Shown piece after piece: positions 17,072 through 30,511 of a stretch of DNA of 64,000 nucleotides. The translations under genes and the position numbers were made by a program. This DNA is from an uncultured Gemmatimonadales bacterium (GTDB taxonomy: Bacteria > Gemmatimonadota > Gemmatimonadetes > Longimicrobiales > RSA9), in assembly GCA_963708135.1 (NCBI GenBank), contig OY970192.1:1344001-1408000 (forward strand), in the 5' to 3' direction. Below the pieces are notes generated by a model. That model saw only the letters and a list, made by a program, of their open reading frames with translations. It ran no database searches and was not told where the DNA came from. Position 1 is the first letter of the stretch. Each line of letters begins with the position of its first letter.

Positions 17072-17284
17072 ATGATCGGAACGATTGCCACCGTGGCCGG
17101 CTATGCCAGGGCCCCGAAGACCACCTTCATCGTGAGGCATCCGGTGCGCGCCATGGAGATCATGGCCGTCCGGCGGAAGGTGAGGCACACGGTCTCTTCA
17201 CCGGCGTTCCTCGCCGGAGTCGGTGCCGCAGCGCTGGTCGTGCCGGTCGGCCTGTGGCTACGCCGCCGCGCCAACCACGGCTGA
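17072..17284 (+). CDS. Small hypothetical protein with C-terminal TM helix
   Basis: Strong AGGAGG RBS, 70 aa, hydrophobic C-terminal segment. Confidence 0.6.
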   Translation: MIGTIATVAGYARAPKTTFIVRHPVRAMEIMAVRRKVRHTVSSPAFLAGVGAAALVVPVGLWLRRRANHG

Positions 17285-17323
17285 TCCGGTCCCGCCCGTG
17301 CCCGAGGCGGGTCCGACTGGCCG

Positions 17324-17353
17324 GGGCCGGAGGGTGGAGTCTCCCTCCGGCCC
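17324..17353. terminator. Hairpin between convergent genes
   Basis: GGGCCGGAGGG-N8-CCCTCCGGCCC. Confidence 0.45.
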
Positions 17354-17388
17354 TCGCGCGGGCGCCGTGACGCGGGTGCGCGGGCGCC

Positions 17389-18942
<1,554 letters not shown>

Positions 18943-19053
18943 CAATGCGTTCGCTCCCGAGAATTGGCAGGCGGTGGGTTCGGCCGAAAGTAAGAGCGGG
19001 CCGGGGGGCTGTAAAGCGCGCCGCCATCGCCGCGTTCGGGGCCGCGCGGTCCG

Positions 19054-19082
19054 TTGACACGCCGTGGCCCCGCGGCTAGTCT
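19054..19082 (+). promoter_or_regulatory. Sigma70 promoter of pyrR-pyrB-pyrC
   Basis: TTGACA-17bp-TAGTCT. Confidence 0.7.
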
Positions 19083-19123
19083 TCCCGGCGAGTCTTCCAC
19101 CCCGCCCCGTGCCCCCGGGCTCG

Positions 19124-19684
19124 ATGAACGAATCCCGCGGACAACTCCTGATGGACGACCGCGCCGTCGAGCGCGCGATCGCGCGCATGGCGCGCGAGAT
19201 CGTGGAGCGGAACCACGGCGTGGAGGGCCTGGCGCTTCTCGGCATCCACCGCCGCGGCGTGCACCTGGCCGACCGCATCGCCGAGGAGATCGAGACGGCG
19301 GAAGGGCAGCGTCCGGCCGCCGGCTGGCTCGACATCACTCTCTACCGCGACGACCTCATGGCGATCGGGCCCCGGCCCGTCGTGGGCGAGACGCGACTGC
19401 CGGAGGGCGGCATCAACGGCCGGACCGTCGTGATCGTGGACGACGTCTGCTACACGGGCCGGACGGTACGGGCGGCGCTCGACGAGCTGGCGGATTTCGG
19501 CCGCCCGGCGCGCACGTATCTGGCGGTGCTCATCGACCGCGGCGGCCGCGAGCTGCCGATCCAGCCGGACATCGTCGGCCTGCGCGTGGAGGCGGGGCCG
19601 GGCGAGCGCGTGGACGTGCTCGTGCCCGAGCTCGACGGCCGCCTCGCCGTCGAGCTCGTGCCGCGCGCAACGAACGGAGCGTGA
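19124..19684 (+). CDS. pyrR: PyrR bifunctional regulator/uracil phosphoribosyltransferase
   Basis: [42 protein letters not shown]. Confidence 0.93.
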   Translation: MNESRGQLLMDDRAVERAIARMAREIVERNHGVEGLALLGIHRRGVHLADRIAEEIETAEGQRPAAGWLDITLYRDDLMAIGPRPVVGETRLPEGGINGRTVVIVDDVCYTGRTVRAALDELADFGRPARTYLAVLIDRGGRELPIQPDIVGLRVEAGPGERVDVLVPELDGRLAVELVPRATNGA

Positions 19685-20646
19685 TGCGGGCCGCACCCTA
19701 CCTCGGCAAGGACCTCGTCGGCCTGGAGCACCTCGAACCGGACCAGATCCGGGGCGTGCTCGACACCGCGGAGCCCTTCAAGGAGATCAGCGAGCGGGCC
19801 ATCAAGAAGGTGCCCGTCCTGCGCGGCAAGACCATCGTCAACCTCTTCTTCGAGCCGTCCACCCGCACCCGCATCTCCTTCGAGTTCGCCGAGAAGCGCC
19901 TCTCCGCCGACACCGTCAACGTGGCCGCCAGCGGCTCCAGCGTCGTGAAGGGCGAGACGCTGGTCGACACCGCCAGGAACCTCGAGGCCATGCGGATCGA
20001 CATGGTCGTGATCCGGCACGCCTCCTCCGGTGCGGCACGCTTCCTGGCGGAGCGCATCCCCTCGAACGTCGTGAACGCCGGCGATGGCCGCCACGAGCAC
20101 CCCACCCAGGCGCTCCTCGACATGCTCACGATCCGCGATCGCCTCGGTCACATCGAGGGAGCGCGCGTCTGCATCGTGGGCGACATCCTGCACTCCCGCG
20201 TCGCCCGCTCGAACCTGTGGGGGCTCACGAAGCTGGGCGCCGAGGTGGCCGTGTGCGGGCCGCGCACCCTGCTGCCCGCCGGCATCGAGGAGCTCGGCGT
20301 CCGGGTCTTCGGCCGGGTCGAGGAAGCCATCGAGTGGGCCGAGGTGCTGAACGTGCTGCGCCTTCAGCTGGAGCGGATGCAGGCCGGCTACGTGCCCAGC
20401 CTGCGCGAGTACAACCGTGTCTTCGGCGTCACCCGCGAGCGCATCGAGCGCGCCCCGCGGGACCTCCTCATCCTTCACCCCGGACCGATGAACCGCGGCG
20501 TCGAGATCGACAGCGACGTGGCCGACGGCCCCCACTCCCTGATCCTGAACCAGGTCACCAACGGCGTGGCGGTGCGGATGGCCGTCCTCTACCTGCTGGC
20601 GGGCGGTGCCCCCGAGCGCGCGGAGGTCGCCAAGCGTGAGGACTGA
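19684..20646 (+). CDS. pyrB: Aspartate carbamoyltransferase catalytic subunit
   Basis: [31 protein letters not shown]. Confidence 0.97.
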   Translation: MRAAPYLGKDLVGLEHLEPDQIRGVLDTAEPFKEISERAIKKVPVLRGKTIVNLFFEPSTRTRISFEFAEKRLSADTVNVAASGSSVVKGETLVDTARNLEAMRIDMVVIRHASSGAARFLAERIPSNVVNAGDGRHEHPTQALLDMLTIRDRLGHIEGARVCIVGDILHSRVARSNLWGLTKLGAEVAVCGPRTLLPAGIEELGVRVFGRVEEAIEWAEVLNVLRLQLERMQAGYVPSLREYNRVFGVTRERIERAPRDLLILHPGPMNRGVEIDSDVADGPHSLILNQVTNGVAVRMAVLYLLAGGAPERAEVAKRED

Positions 20647-20724
20647 GCGGCGGGGAGCGCGCTGGGCGCCTCGATCCGGCCACGCTCTCTCGGACAGCCG
20701 GCGGTGCGCGTCGGCAGGGGCGCA

Positions 20725-22065
20725 ATGATGGCCGATCGAGCCATTCTCCTGCGCGGGGGAAGGGTGCTAGATCCCTCGCAAGGCATGGACGCCGTGCTCG
20801 ACGTCCTCGTGGCCGACGGGCTGGTCGCGGCCGTCGGCAGCGGCCTGGATGCCCCGGAGGGAGCCGAGATCGTGGCCGTCGAGGGGCTGGTGGTCTGCCC
20901 CGGGCTGATCGACCTGCACGTCCACCTCCGAGAGCCGGGCGGCGAGCACAAGGAGACGATCGCCAGCGGGGCGCGGGCGGCCGCGTCGGGAGGCTTCACG
21001 GCGGTCTGCGCGATGCCGAACACCGACCCGCCCGTGGACACGCCGGCAGCGGTCGGCTTCGTTCGCGCCGAGGGGCTCCGCGCCGGGGCAGCCCGCGTCT
21101 ATCCCGTGGGCGCCGTCTCGGTGGGGCAGAACGGAGAGCGCCTCACGGAGATCGGCGAGATGGTCGAAGCCGGCGCGGTCGCCATCACCGATGACGGCCG
21201 TCCCGTCTCCGATGCCGGGCTCATGCGTCTGGCCCTGGAGTACGCGCGCACCTTCGACATCCCCGTCGCGAGCCACTGCGAGGAGCGCAGCCTCTCGCGC
21301 GGCGGGTCGATGAACGAGGGCTTCGTCTCCACCCGCCTCGGCGTCATGGGCATCCCCAACGCCGCGGAGGACGTGATGATCGCCCGCGACCTGATCCTGA
21401 CGGAGCTCACGGGCGGCCGGCTCCACATCCAGCACGTCTCCACCCGGGCCGGCGTCGAGATGATCCGGCGGGCCAGGGAGCGCGGCGTGAACGTGACGGC
21501 GGAGGGCACGCCCCACCACTTCACGCTCACGGACACGGCCGTGGACGGCTACCGCACCGAGGCCAAGGTGAACCCGCCGCTGCGCGCGGCGGAGGACCGG
21601 GACGCCGTGCGGCAGGGGGTGGTGGAGGGGACCCTGGACGTGATCGCCACCGACCACGCGCCGCATCACTACGACGAGAAGGAACAGGCCTTCGACGACG
21701 CGCCGTTCGGCCTCGTCGGGTTGGAAACCGCTCTCGGGATTGCGATCACTGAGCTCGTGGATACAAAGCTACTTACGTTGTCCGACCTCATCCAACGCAT
21801 GAGCTGTCGGCCGGCGCGGGCGTTCTCGCTTCCCGGTGGCACGCTGAAGGTCGGCTCGCCGGCCGATGTGGCCGTGCTGGACCCCGCGGCGGAATGGATC
21901 GTGGATCCGACGCGCTTCCTGTCCAGGAGCCGGAACACGCCGTTCGCCGGGCGCCGGCTGCGGGGGCGGGCGCGCCTCACGCTGGTGGCCGGCCGGCCGG
22001 TGTTCGACCGGGAGCGCATGCCGCTTGCTGGCGGCCCGCCGGCGGGGGAGCGGCAGGGTGGCTGA
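20725..22065 (+). CDS. pyrC: Dihydroorotase
   Basis: DLHVHLREPG, MPNT.P, KVNPPLR, ATDHAPH, SRNTPF. Confidence 0.95.
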   Translation: MMADRAILLRGGRVLDPSQGMDAVLDVLVADGLVAAVGSGLDAPEGAEIVAVEGLVVCPGLIDLHVHLREPGGEHKETIASGARAAASGGFTAVCAMPNTDPPVDTPAAVGFVRAEGLRAGAARVYPVGAVSVGQNGERLTEIGEMVEAGAVAITDDGRPVSDAGLMRLALEYARTFDIPVASHCEERSLSRGGSMNEGFVSTRLGVMGIPNAAEDVMIARDLILTELTGGRLHIQHVSTRAGVEMIRRARERGVNVTAEGTPHHFTLTDTAVDGYRTEAKVNPPLRAAEDRDAVRQGVVEGTLDVIATDHAPHHYDEKEQAFDDAPFGLVGLETALGIAITELVDTKLLTLSDLIQRMSCRPARAFSLPGGTLKVGSPADVAVLDPAAEWIVDPTRFLSRSRNTPFAGRRLRGRARLTLVAGRPVFDRERMPLAGGPPAGERQGG

Positions 22066-23263
22066 GCCCGTGCCGCAGCGGGTCGCGCCGCGGGACTGGG
22101 TCGGTCGGGAGCCGTACCCGTGGCCGGCCTTCGCGACCCTGGAGCCGGGGACGGCGCTGGCCGGCTGCTACGCCCTGGTCTCCTTCCAGGTGGATCGGAC
22201 GAAGCAGGGGAAGCCCTACGTCAAGCTGCAGCTGAGCGATCGCCACGGCACCGTCGAGGCGCGCATCTGGGAGCCGACGGACGGCGTGGTCGGCGTGCTG
22301 AGGGACTGCGCCTACGTCGGCGTGCGGGGGCGAGTGGAGAGCTTCAACGGCCTGCAGCTCCGCGTCACCTCGCTGGCCCCGCTGGTCGTGGAGGCCGAGG
22401 ACCTCGCCCTGTTCATGCCGCGCTCGCCCAGGGATCCCGCGCGCATGGAGGCGGAGCTTCAGGCGCTCACGGCCTCGATCGGCGACGCGGGGCTGCGCGC
22501 GCTCGTGACGCGGCTCCTCGACCCGGCGGCGGAGAGCGGCCGGCTCTTCCGGGTCGCGCCGGCGGCCAAGCACAACCACCACGCCTACCTCGGCGGGCTG
22601 CTGGAGCACACGCTCTCCATGGCCACGGTGGCGGATGCGCTGGCCCGGCACTACGGAGCCGCGGTGGACCGCGACCTGCTCGTCGCCGCGGCGCTCCTGC
22701 ACGACCTCGGCAAGACGCGCGAGATCAGGGCGCGGCCGGGCTTCCCCTACACGGACGAAGGGAAGCTGCTCGGCCACATCCTCATCGGGCTCCAGATGGT
22801 GGCCGACGAAGCGGCCGGCGTGCCCGGGCTCCCGCCCGAGCGCCTGCTCCTGCTCCAGCACCTGATCGCCAGCCACCAGGGGCGCTACGAGTGGCAGAGC
22901 CCGCGGGAGCCGCGCCTGCTGGAGGGGCTGCTCCTCCATTATGCCGACGACCTGGACGCCAAGATGAACCAGGCCGGAGCTCTCGTCGCGGGCGTGGACA
23001 GCGGATGGACGGGCTACGATCGCTCGCTCGGCCGGGATTTCCTGCGCCATCTCGCCCCCGCGCCGGACGGCGGCGACGTGCCGGAAGACGCGCCGCGACG
23101 TACCCGGCGCCTGCTCGGGCGCTTCTCCCCGGGCGGGGCGAGCGGAAGCAGGGAAGGCGCGGAGCCGGCCGACGCGCCCGACGCCGCCGAGAGCGAGCCC
23201 CCGGCGCCGGAGGAGGGCTCCGGGGAGGCCCCGGATCCGGCTACGCTCGATCTCTTCGGCTGA
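22058..23263 (+). CDS. OB-fold plus HD-domain 3'-5' exoribonuclease, YhaM family
   Basis: GKPY..L.L.D..G...ARIW, PAAKHNHHAY.GGLLEHT, LLHDLGK, H.ADDLDAK. Acidic disordered tail. Confidence 0.88.
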   Translation: MAEPVPQRVAPRDWVGREPYPWPAFATLEPGTALAGCYALVSFQVDRTKQGKPYVKLQLSDRHGTVEARIWEPTDGVVGVLRDCAYVGVRGRVESFNGLQLRVTSLAPLVVEAEDLALFMPRSPRDPARMEAELQALTASIGDAGLRALVTRLLDPAAESGRLFRVAPAAKHNHHAYLGGLLEHTLSMATVADALARHYGAAVDRDLLVAAALLHDLGKTREIRARPGFPYTDEGKLLGHILIGLQMVADEAAGVPGLPPERLLLLQHLIASHQGRYEWQSPREPRLLEGLLLHYADDLDAKMNQAGALVAGVDSGWTGYDRSLGRDFLRHLAPAPDGGDVPEDAPRRTRRLLGRFSPGGASGSREGAEPADAPDAAESEPPAPEEGSGEAPDPATLDLFG

Positions 23264-23285
23264 CGCCCCGAGGGCGCCCGACGCA

Positions 23286-23335
23286 GAACGGCCGCGGCGT
23301 CCGAACCCCGGGGGGTCCGGACGCCGCGGCCGTTC
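23286..23335. terminator. 18-bp perfect hairpin between convergent yhaM-like gene and rpsT
   Basis: GAACGGCCGCGGCGTCCG-N14-CGGACGCCGCGGCCGTTC. Confidence 0.7.
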
Positions 23336-23356
23336 CAGCCGATGCGAGGCGGCGCG

Positions 23357-23614
23357 TCAGGCGCCGAGCTGCGCGATGTGGCGCGCCAGCTGCGACTTCT
23401 TGCGCGCGGCCTTGTTCGGGTGGATCAGCCGCCGCGACGCGAACCGGTCCAGTAGCGCGGAGGTCTCGCGGAACGCCTCCTGTGCTTCGCCCGGCTCGGA
23501 CGCGTTCAGCACCTTCTTGATGGACGTCTTCATCCGGGACCGCTGCGCGCGGTTGCGCTGCGCACGCTTCTCGGCCTGCCGGACCCTCTTCTCGGCGCTC
23601 CTGGTGTTGGGCAA
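23357..23614 (-). CDS. rpsT: 30S ribosomal protein S20
   Basis: MPN.RSAEKR.RQ...N, IHPNKAARKKS. Confidence 0.96.
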   Translation of the reverse strand: MPNTRSAEKRVRQAEKRAQRNRAQRSRMKTSIKKVLNASEPGEAQEAFRETSALLDRFASRRLIHPNKAARKKSQLARHIAQLGA

Positions 23615-23664
23615 CGGCCCCTCTCCGTGCTTCTGGTACGCAATTGCGGATGACGTAGCCCAAA

Positions 23665-23693
23665 AAGCTATATACGGGGCTGCGTAGTGTCAA
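23665..23693 (-). promoter_or_regulatory. Sigma70 promoter of rpsT
   Basis: Minus strand TTGACA-17bp-TAGCTT. Confidence 0.7.
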
Positions 23694-23799
23694 CGGCTGG
23701 TGGGCCGCTGCGTCCTGCGGGAGCTGCGGCTGCGGGTCTGGCCCACTGCCTGCCCGCAGGGTGGCGAATCCCCTGGCGGCGCCGTTACCTTTCGCCGCC

Positions 23800-24453
23800 A
23801 TGGAACTGCTTCTGATTCTGCCGGTCCTGCTCTTTTCGGTCGTGCTTCACGAGGTCGCCCACGGCTGGGTGGCGCTGCGCGAAGGAGACGCAACAGCCTA
23901 CATGCTGGGGCGCCTCACGCTGAACCCGATTCCGCATATCGACATCTTCGGCAGCATCATCTTTCCGCTCCTCCTCTGGATCTCGCATGTCGGCGTGCTG
24001 TTCGGCTGGGCCAAGCCGGTTCCGGTGAATCCGCGCAACTACAGGAACTTCAAGCGCGGGGACATCCTCGTCTCGATCGCCGGGATCACGGCCAACCTTC
24101 TGCTCGCGATGGCGTGCACGCTGCTGACGGTAGTGGTGATCTACCTCGCCCGTGCGCTGCCGGCGCTGCTGCCGACTTTCGGGCTGCTCGTGCAGATGCT
24201 GCGCTACGGCATCCTGATCAATCTGGTGCTGGCCTTCTTCAACCTGATCCCGATCCCGCCGCTGGACGGCTCGCACCTGTTCTACTATCTGCTGCCGCCG
24301 CGGCTCGGGATGCAGTACCGGGAGTTCGGCCGCTACGGGATGTTCATTCTGCTGGCCGTGTTCCTCTTCCTGCCGGGGCTGGTCAACTTCTTCCTGGCAC
24401 CGGTGACGGTGTTCCAGGGGCTCGCTCAGGCCTTCATCCAGGCGCTCACCTGA
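23800..24453 (+). CDS. Site-2 protease family (M50) membrane metalloprotease
   Basis: HEVAH, GWAKPVPVN, FNLIPIPPLDG. Confidence 0.92.
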   Translation: MELLLILPVLLFSVVLHEVAHGWVALREGDATAYMLGRLTLNPIPHIDIFGSIIFPLLLWISHVGVLFGWAKPVPVNPRNYRNFKRGDILVSIAGITANLLLAMACTLLTVVVIYLARALPALLPTFGLLVQMLRYGILINLVLAFFNLIPIPPLDGSHLFYYLLPPRLGMQYREFGRYGMFILLAVFLFLPGLVNFFLAPVTVFQGLAQAFIQALT

Positions 24454-25217
24454 TGGCGACGGCCGCTCCTCTCGAGACCGGCTTCATGGTCGAGCTGGAG
24501 CGGTTCCAGGGGCCGCTCGATCTGCTGCTGCACCTGATCCGCGAGCAGGACATCGACATCTTCGACATCCCGATCGCGCAGATCACCGCGCAGTTCCTGG
24601 CGGCGATCGAGGGGGTGGAGCGGCTGGGGCTGGACCGCGCGGGCGAGTTCCTGGAGACGGCGGCGCTGCTGATCCGGATCAAGGCGCAGCTGCTGCTGCC
24701 GCGCTCCGGCGGTGCGGAGGGCGAGCTGGAGGATCCGCGGGCCGAGCTGGTACGGCGGCTGCTGGAGTACGAGCATTTCCGCGAGGTTGCCCGGGTGCTC
24801 GAGGAGGGGGAGGCGGACCGCATCCGGCACTTCGGGCGCGGCTACGTGCCGCCCCGGCCGCGGCCCGAGCCGGCCGAGCTGCCGCTCGAGACCGCATGGG
24901 AGGAGGTCTGGGCGACGGTCCTCGTGCTGGGAGAGCGGCAGCACGCGCCGGCGGACCACCACGTCGCGGCCCGCGCGGTCCCGCTGGAGGACAAGATCGC
25001 GCTGATCCGCGACACCCTGGCGCGCCTGGCGCGGGTGGAGTTCCGGCGTCTCGTGGCCCCCTTCGGGGACCGCCTGCACGCCGTGGTGACGCTGCTGGCG
25101 GGGCTCGAGCTCTCGCGCCGTCGCGTGCTGGCCCTGCGGCAGCGGGCGCCATTCACCGATCTCTGGCTCTACCGCCGCAGCGACCCGGGAATCGATGAGG
25201 ACGACGCAGATCGTTGA
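24453..25217 (+). CDS. scpA: Segregation/condensation protein A
   Basis: FQGPLDLLLHLI, IKAQLLLP, DPRAELVRRLLEY. Confidence 0.93.
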   Translation: MATAAPLETGFMVELERFQGPLDLLLHLIREQDIDIFDIPIAQITAQFLAAIEGVERLGLDRAGEFLETAALLIRIKAQLLLPRSGGAEGELEDPRAELVRRLLEYEHFREVARVLEEGEADRIRHFGRGYVPPRPRPEPAELPLETAWEEVWATVLVLGERQHAPADHHVAARAVPLEDKIALIRDTLARLARVEFRRLVAPFGDRLHAVVTLLAGLELSRRRVLALRQRAPFTDLWLYRRSDPGIDEDDADR

Positions 25218-25992
25218 GGCCCTGCTCTTCGCCAGCGACGCGCCGCTGACGGCGGCCGATCTCGCGCGCGGCGATGAGACCCTGGACGAGGACCAGGTGG
25301 AGGCGGCCGTCCAGGAGCTCCGCTCGGAGTACGAGTCGCAGGAGCGCGCCTATCAGATCTACGAGCTGGGCGGCGGCTACCAGATCCTCACGCGCCCCGA
25401 GTTCGCGCCCTACCTCGAGCGCTTCGACACCGTCCCGCAGTCCTCGCGGCTCTCCGGCCCCGCCCTCGAGGTCCTCGCCGTCATCGTGTACCGCCAGCCG
25501 ATCGGCCGCTCGGAGATCGAGGAGATCCGGGGCGTCGGCTCGTCGGGTGTGCTGCGCACGCTGCTCGACCGTGGCCTGATCGAGGTGGCCGGCCGAGGGG
25601 AGGGGCTGGGCCGGCCGCTCCTCTACGGCACGACGTCGCGCTTCCTCGAGCATTTCGGCTTCCGCTCGCTCGAGGACCTGCCGCGCCCGGAGGAGTTGCC
25701 CGTGGTGCTGCGGGAGCGGCCCGACGAGGAAGCGGCCTCCGACGAGGCTGTCACCGTTGCATCGCCCTCCGGCGAGCCGGCGCCGCCGCCGGACGAGGCG
25801 GGCGGCGAAGCGGCGCCGGACGCCCCGGCCGCCGAGCACGGGACCGCCGGCTCCGGCAATGGCAGGACCGCCGCGTCGGAGCGTTCCCAGCCCGGCGCTG
25901 CCGTGGACGCTCCGGATGCGACGGACGGTCCGGCTCCTTCGCAGGCCGTGGACGCGCCGGGCACGGCGGGCGCGCGCGAGCCGCGGGACTGA
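25195..25992 (+). CDS. scpB: SMC-Scp complex subunit ScpB
   Basis: EALLFAS, LEVLAVIVYRQP, IRGV, GRPLLYGTT..FL..FG. Confidence 0.95.
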   Translation: MRTTQIVEALLFASDAPLTAADLARGDETLDEDQVEAAVQELRSEYESQERAYQIYELGGGYQILTRPEFAPYLERFDTVPQSSRLSGPALEVLAVIVYRQPIGRSEIEEIRGVGSSGVLRTLLDRGLIEVAGRGEGLGRPLLYGTTSRFLEHFGFRSLEDLPRPEELPVVLRERPDEEAASDEAVTVASPSGEPAPPPDEAGGEAAPDAPAAEHGTAGSGNGRTAASERSQPGAAVDAPDATDGPAPSQAVDAPGTAGAREPRD

Positions 25993-26008
25993 GACAGCGA
26001 GGCGGGAG

Positions 26009-26743
26009 GTGGGCGCGCCGGTCCGGCTGCAGAAGCTGCTCTCGCAGGCCGGCGTCGCGTCGCGGCGGCGGGCGGAGAGGTACATCGAGTCCGGGCGGGT
26101 CCGCGTGAACGGCCGGGTGGTGACGGAGCTCGGGACGAAGGTGGATCCCGACGTGGACGTGGTGGAGGTGGACGGGCGTCCTGTGCGGCCGGCACCCACC
26201 GTCTGGATCGCGCTGCACAAGCCGGTCGGCGTCGTGAGCACGCGCCGGGATCCGCAGGGCCGGCCGACCCTCTACGGGCTGCTGCCACCGGAGCTGTCCG
26301 GCCTCTTCCACGTTGGCCGGCTGGACGCCGACAGCGAGGGTCTGATCCTGCTGACCAACGACGGCGAGACGGCGCACCGGCTGACGCACCCCCGCTACGG
26401 GGTGGACCGCGTCTACGAGGTCGAGGTGGAGGGGCCGCTCGATTCCGGGGTGCTGGCGCGCCTGCGCGGCGGCGTGCGGCTGGAGGATGGCGTGGCGCGG
26501 CCCGAGGCGGCGCGTGTTCTCGAGGGCGCATCCGGAAGGCAGTGTCGCCTCGAGCTCGTGCTGCGGGAGGGCCGCAAGCGCGAGGTGCGGCGCATGCTCG
26601 CCGCCCTCGGACATCCGGTGCTCCGGCTGGTCCGCCGCCGCTACGGTCCGGTCGAGCTCGGCCGCCTGGCGTCCGGCGGGTGGCGCAGGCTGGGAGAGAG
26701 AGAGGTGCGGGCGCTCGAGACGACGACGCGCGGGCCCCGCTGA
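26009..26743 (+). CDS. rRNA pseudouridine synthase, RluB/RsuA family
   Basis: RLQKLL..AGVASRR S4 domain, HKP.G, VGRLD.DSEGL, EGRKREVRRM. Confidence 0.93.
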   Translation: MGAPVRLQKLLSQAGVASRRRAERYIESGRVRVNGRVVTELGTKVDPDVDVVEVDGRPVRPAPTVWIALHKPVGVVSTRRDPQGRPTLYGLLPPELSGLFHVGRLDADSEGLILLTNDGETAHRLTHPRYGVDRVYEVEVEGPLDSGVLARLRGGVRLEDGVARPEAARVLEGASGRQCRLELVLREGRKREVRRMLAALGHPVLRLVRRRYGPVELGRLASGGWRRLGEREVRALETTTRGPR

Positions 26744-26759
26744 GCCGAGGGAGGCGAGG

Positions 26760-28421
26760 ATGGAGGTCAGGGACCGTACGATCGTGATCCTGGGGGGGAC
26801 GGGGCTGGTCGGGATGGCGGTGGCGCGACGGCTCCTCGAGCTGGGCCCCGCGCGCATCGTGCTGAGTGGGCTCGCCCGCGCGGAGGCCGAGCAGGCGGTG
26901 GCGGAGCTGGCCGGGGAGGGCCTGCCGGACGGGACGGAGCTCGCGACCGAGTGGGGCGACCTCTTCACGCAGGAGGAGGGCAGAGAGCGCCCGCGGGCCG
27001 AGCTGCTCGCGGATCCCTCCGCCCGGGCCCGCCTGCTGGACGACCTCTACGGCGAGCTGACCGGCGACGTCGTCGAGCGCTCGACCCTCGGCGCGCTCCT
27101 GCTCCGCTGGCGGCCGCACCTGATCGTGGACTGCGTGAACACCGCCACGGCCTTCGCCTACCAGAACGTCTTCGACAGCGCCGGCCGGCTGCGCGCGGAG
27201 GCGGCGGCGGGCGGCGTCGGCCTGGAGAGCGTCGAGCGGCACCTCGCCACGCTCTACCTGCCGCAGCTGATCCGGCACGTGCAGATCGCGATCGAGGCCA
27301 TGCGGCGCGCGGGCACGGAGATGTACCTGAAGGTCGGCACCGCCGGCACGGGCGGCATGGGACTGAACATTCCGTTCACGCACTCCGAGGAGCGTCCCAG
27401 CCGCATGCTGCTGGCCAAGGCGGGCGTGGCCGGCGCGCACACCCTCCTGCTCTACCTCATGGCCCGCACGCCGGGCGCCCCGGCGGTCAAGGAGGTGAAG
27501 CCGACGGCGGCGATCTCCTGGAAGCGGATCGCCTTCGGCGAGGTGCTGCGCCGGGGCCGTCCGATCGCGTGCTGGGATGCGCTCGAGCCGCTGCCGCTGG
27601 AGGGCGCCTTCGCGCCCGGTGCGGCGGAGCGGGCCGCGGCGCCGACCGGCTCCAACCTGCGCGGCGTCTTCGTGGACTCGGGCGAGAACGGCCTCTTCAG
27701 CCTGGGCGAGTTCGAGACGCTGACGGCGCTCGGGCTCATGGAGTTCATCACCCCCGAGGAGATCGCGGACACGATCGTGCGCGAGGTCCGGGGGGCGCCG
27801 ACGGGGCGTGACGTGGTGGGCGCGCTCGACGGCGCCACATCCGGGCCGACCTACCGGGCGGGAGTGCTCCGGCAGGTTGCGCTGGATGAGATGGAGGCGC
27901 TGGAGCGCGAGCACGGCGTGGATGCCGTCGCCTACGAGATGCTGGGGCCGCCGCGGCTCTCGAAGCTGCTCTTCGAGGCGGCGATCCTCGCGCGCCTGTA
28001 CGGGGACCTGCCGGCGGTGGCGGCGCTCGACCCGGAGGAGGCGGGGAGGCGGGCGGCCTCGCTCGTGGAGGAGGACGCGGACCTGCGGGTCCGGATGCTG
28101 ACGATCGGTCTGCCCGTGCTGCTTCCGGACGGCCAGCGGGTGCTGCGGGGCCCCGAGGTCAAGGTGGCGCCGGAGCCCGGCCGGCCGGCGGCGGACGCGC
28201 GGCTGATCGACAACGGGTGGGTGGATCTGCGTCCGTCGAACTGGGAGCGCTGGCGCGGGCGCGCGGCGGCAATGCTGCGCGAGGCGCGCGAGCAGCCCGG
28301 CCCGGATCAGGGCTCGCGCTCCGACGTGGCGCGCGGGGCGAGGTGGCGCCGGCTGCGGCCGGGCAGCCTGGTCGCCTGGATCTTCCGCACGGAGGACCGC
28401 GGCGAGCGGGTGAAGCGCTGA
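26760..28421 (+). CDS. Uncharacterised Rossmann-fold (NAD(P)-binding) protein
   Basis: N-terminal ILGGTGLVG, then DCVNTAT and KVGTAGTGGMG. GAGG RBS. Confidence 0.75.
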   Translation: MEVRDRTIVILGGTGLVGMAVARRLLELGPARIVLSGLARAEAEQAVAELAGEGLPDGTELATEWGDLFTQEEGRERPRAELLADPSARARLLDDLYGELTGDVVERSTLGALLLRWRPHLIVDCVNTATAFAYQNVFDSAGRLRAEAAAGGVGLESVERHLATLYLPQLIRHVQIAIEAMRRAGTEMYLKVGTAGTGGMGLNIPFTHSEERPSRMLLAKAGVAGAHTLLLYLMARTPGAPAVKEVKPTAAISWKRIAFGEVLRRGRPIACWDALEPLPLEGAFAPGAAERAAAPTGSNLRGVFVDSGENGLFSLGEFETLTALGLMEFITPEEIADTIVREVRGAPTGRDVVGALDGATSGPTYRAGVLRQVALDEMEALEREHGVDAVAYEMLGPPRLSKLLFEAAILARLYGDLPAVAALDPEEAGRRAASLVEEDADLRVRMLTIGLPVLLPDGQRVLRGPEVKVAPEPGRPAADARLIDNGWVDLRPSNWERWRGRAAAMLREAREQPGPDQGSRSDVARGARWRRLRPGSLVAWIFRTEDRGERVKR

Positions 28422-28515
28422 GGGGCCTGTGGGGCCGGTAAGACTCTTGCGGATCCTCGGCCGGCCGACGGGCGTAGCATAGGAGGATTTCGCACCGTTC
28501 CAGACACGGAGGAGG

Positions 28516-29505
<990 letters not shown>

Positions 29506-29512
29506 AGGGGGC

Positions 29513-30507
<995 letters not shown>

Positions 30508-30511
<4 letters not shown>

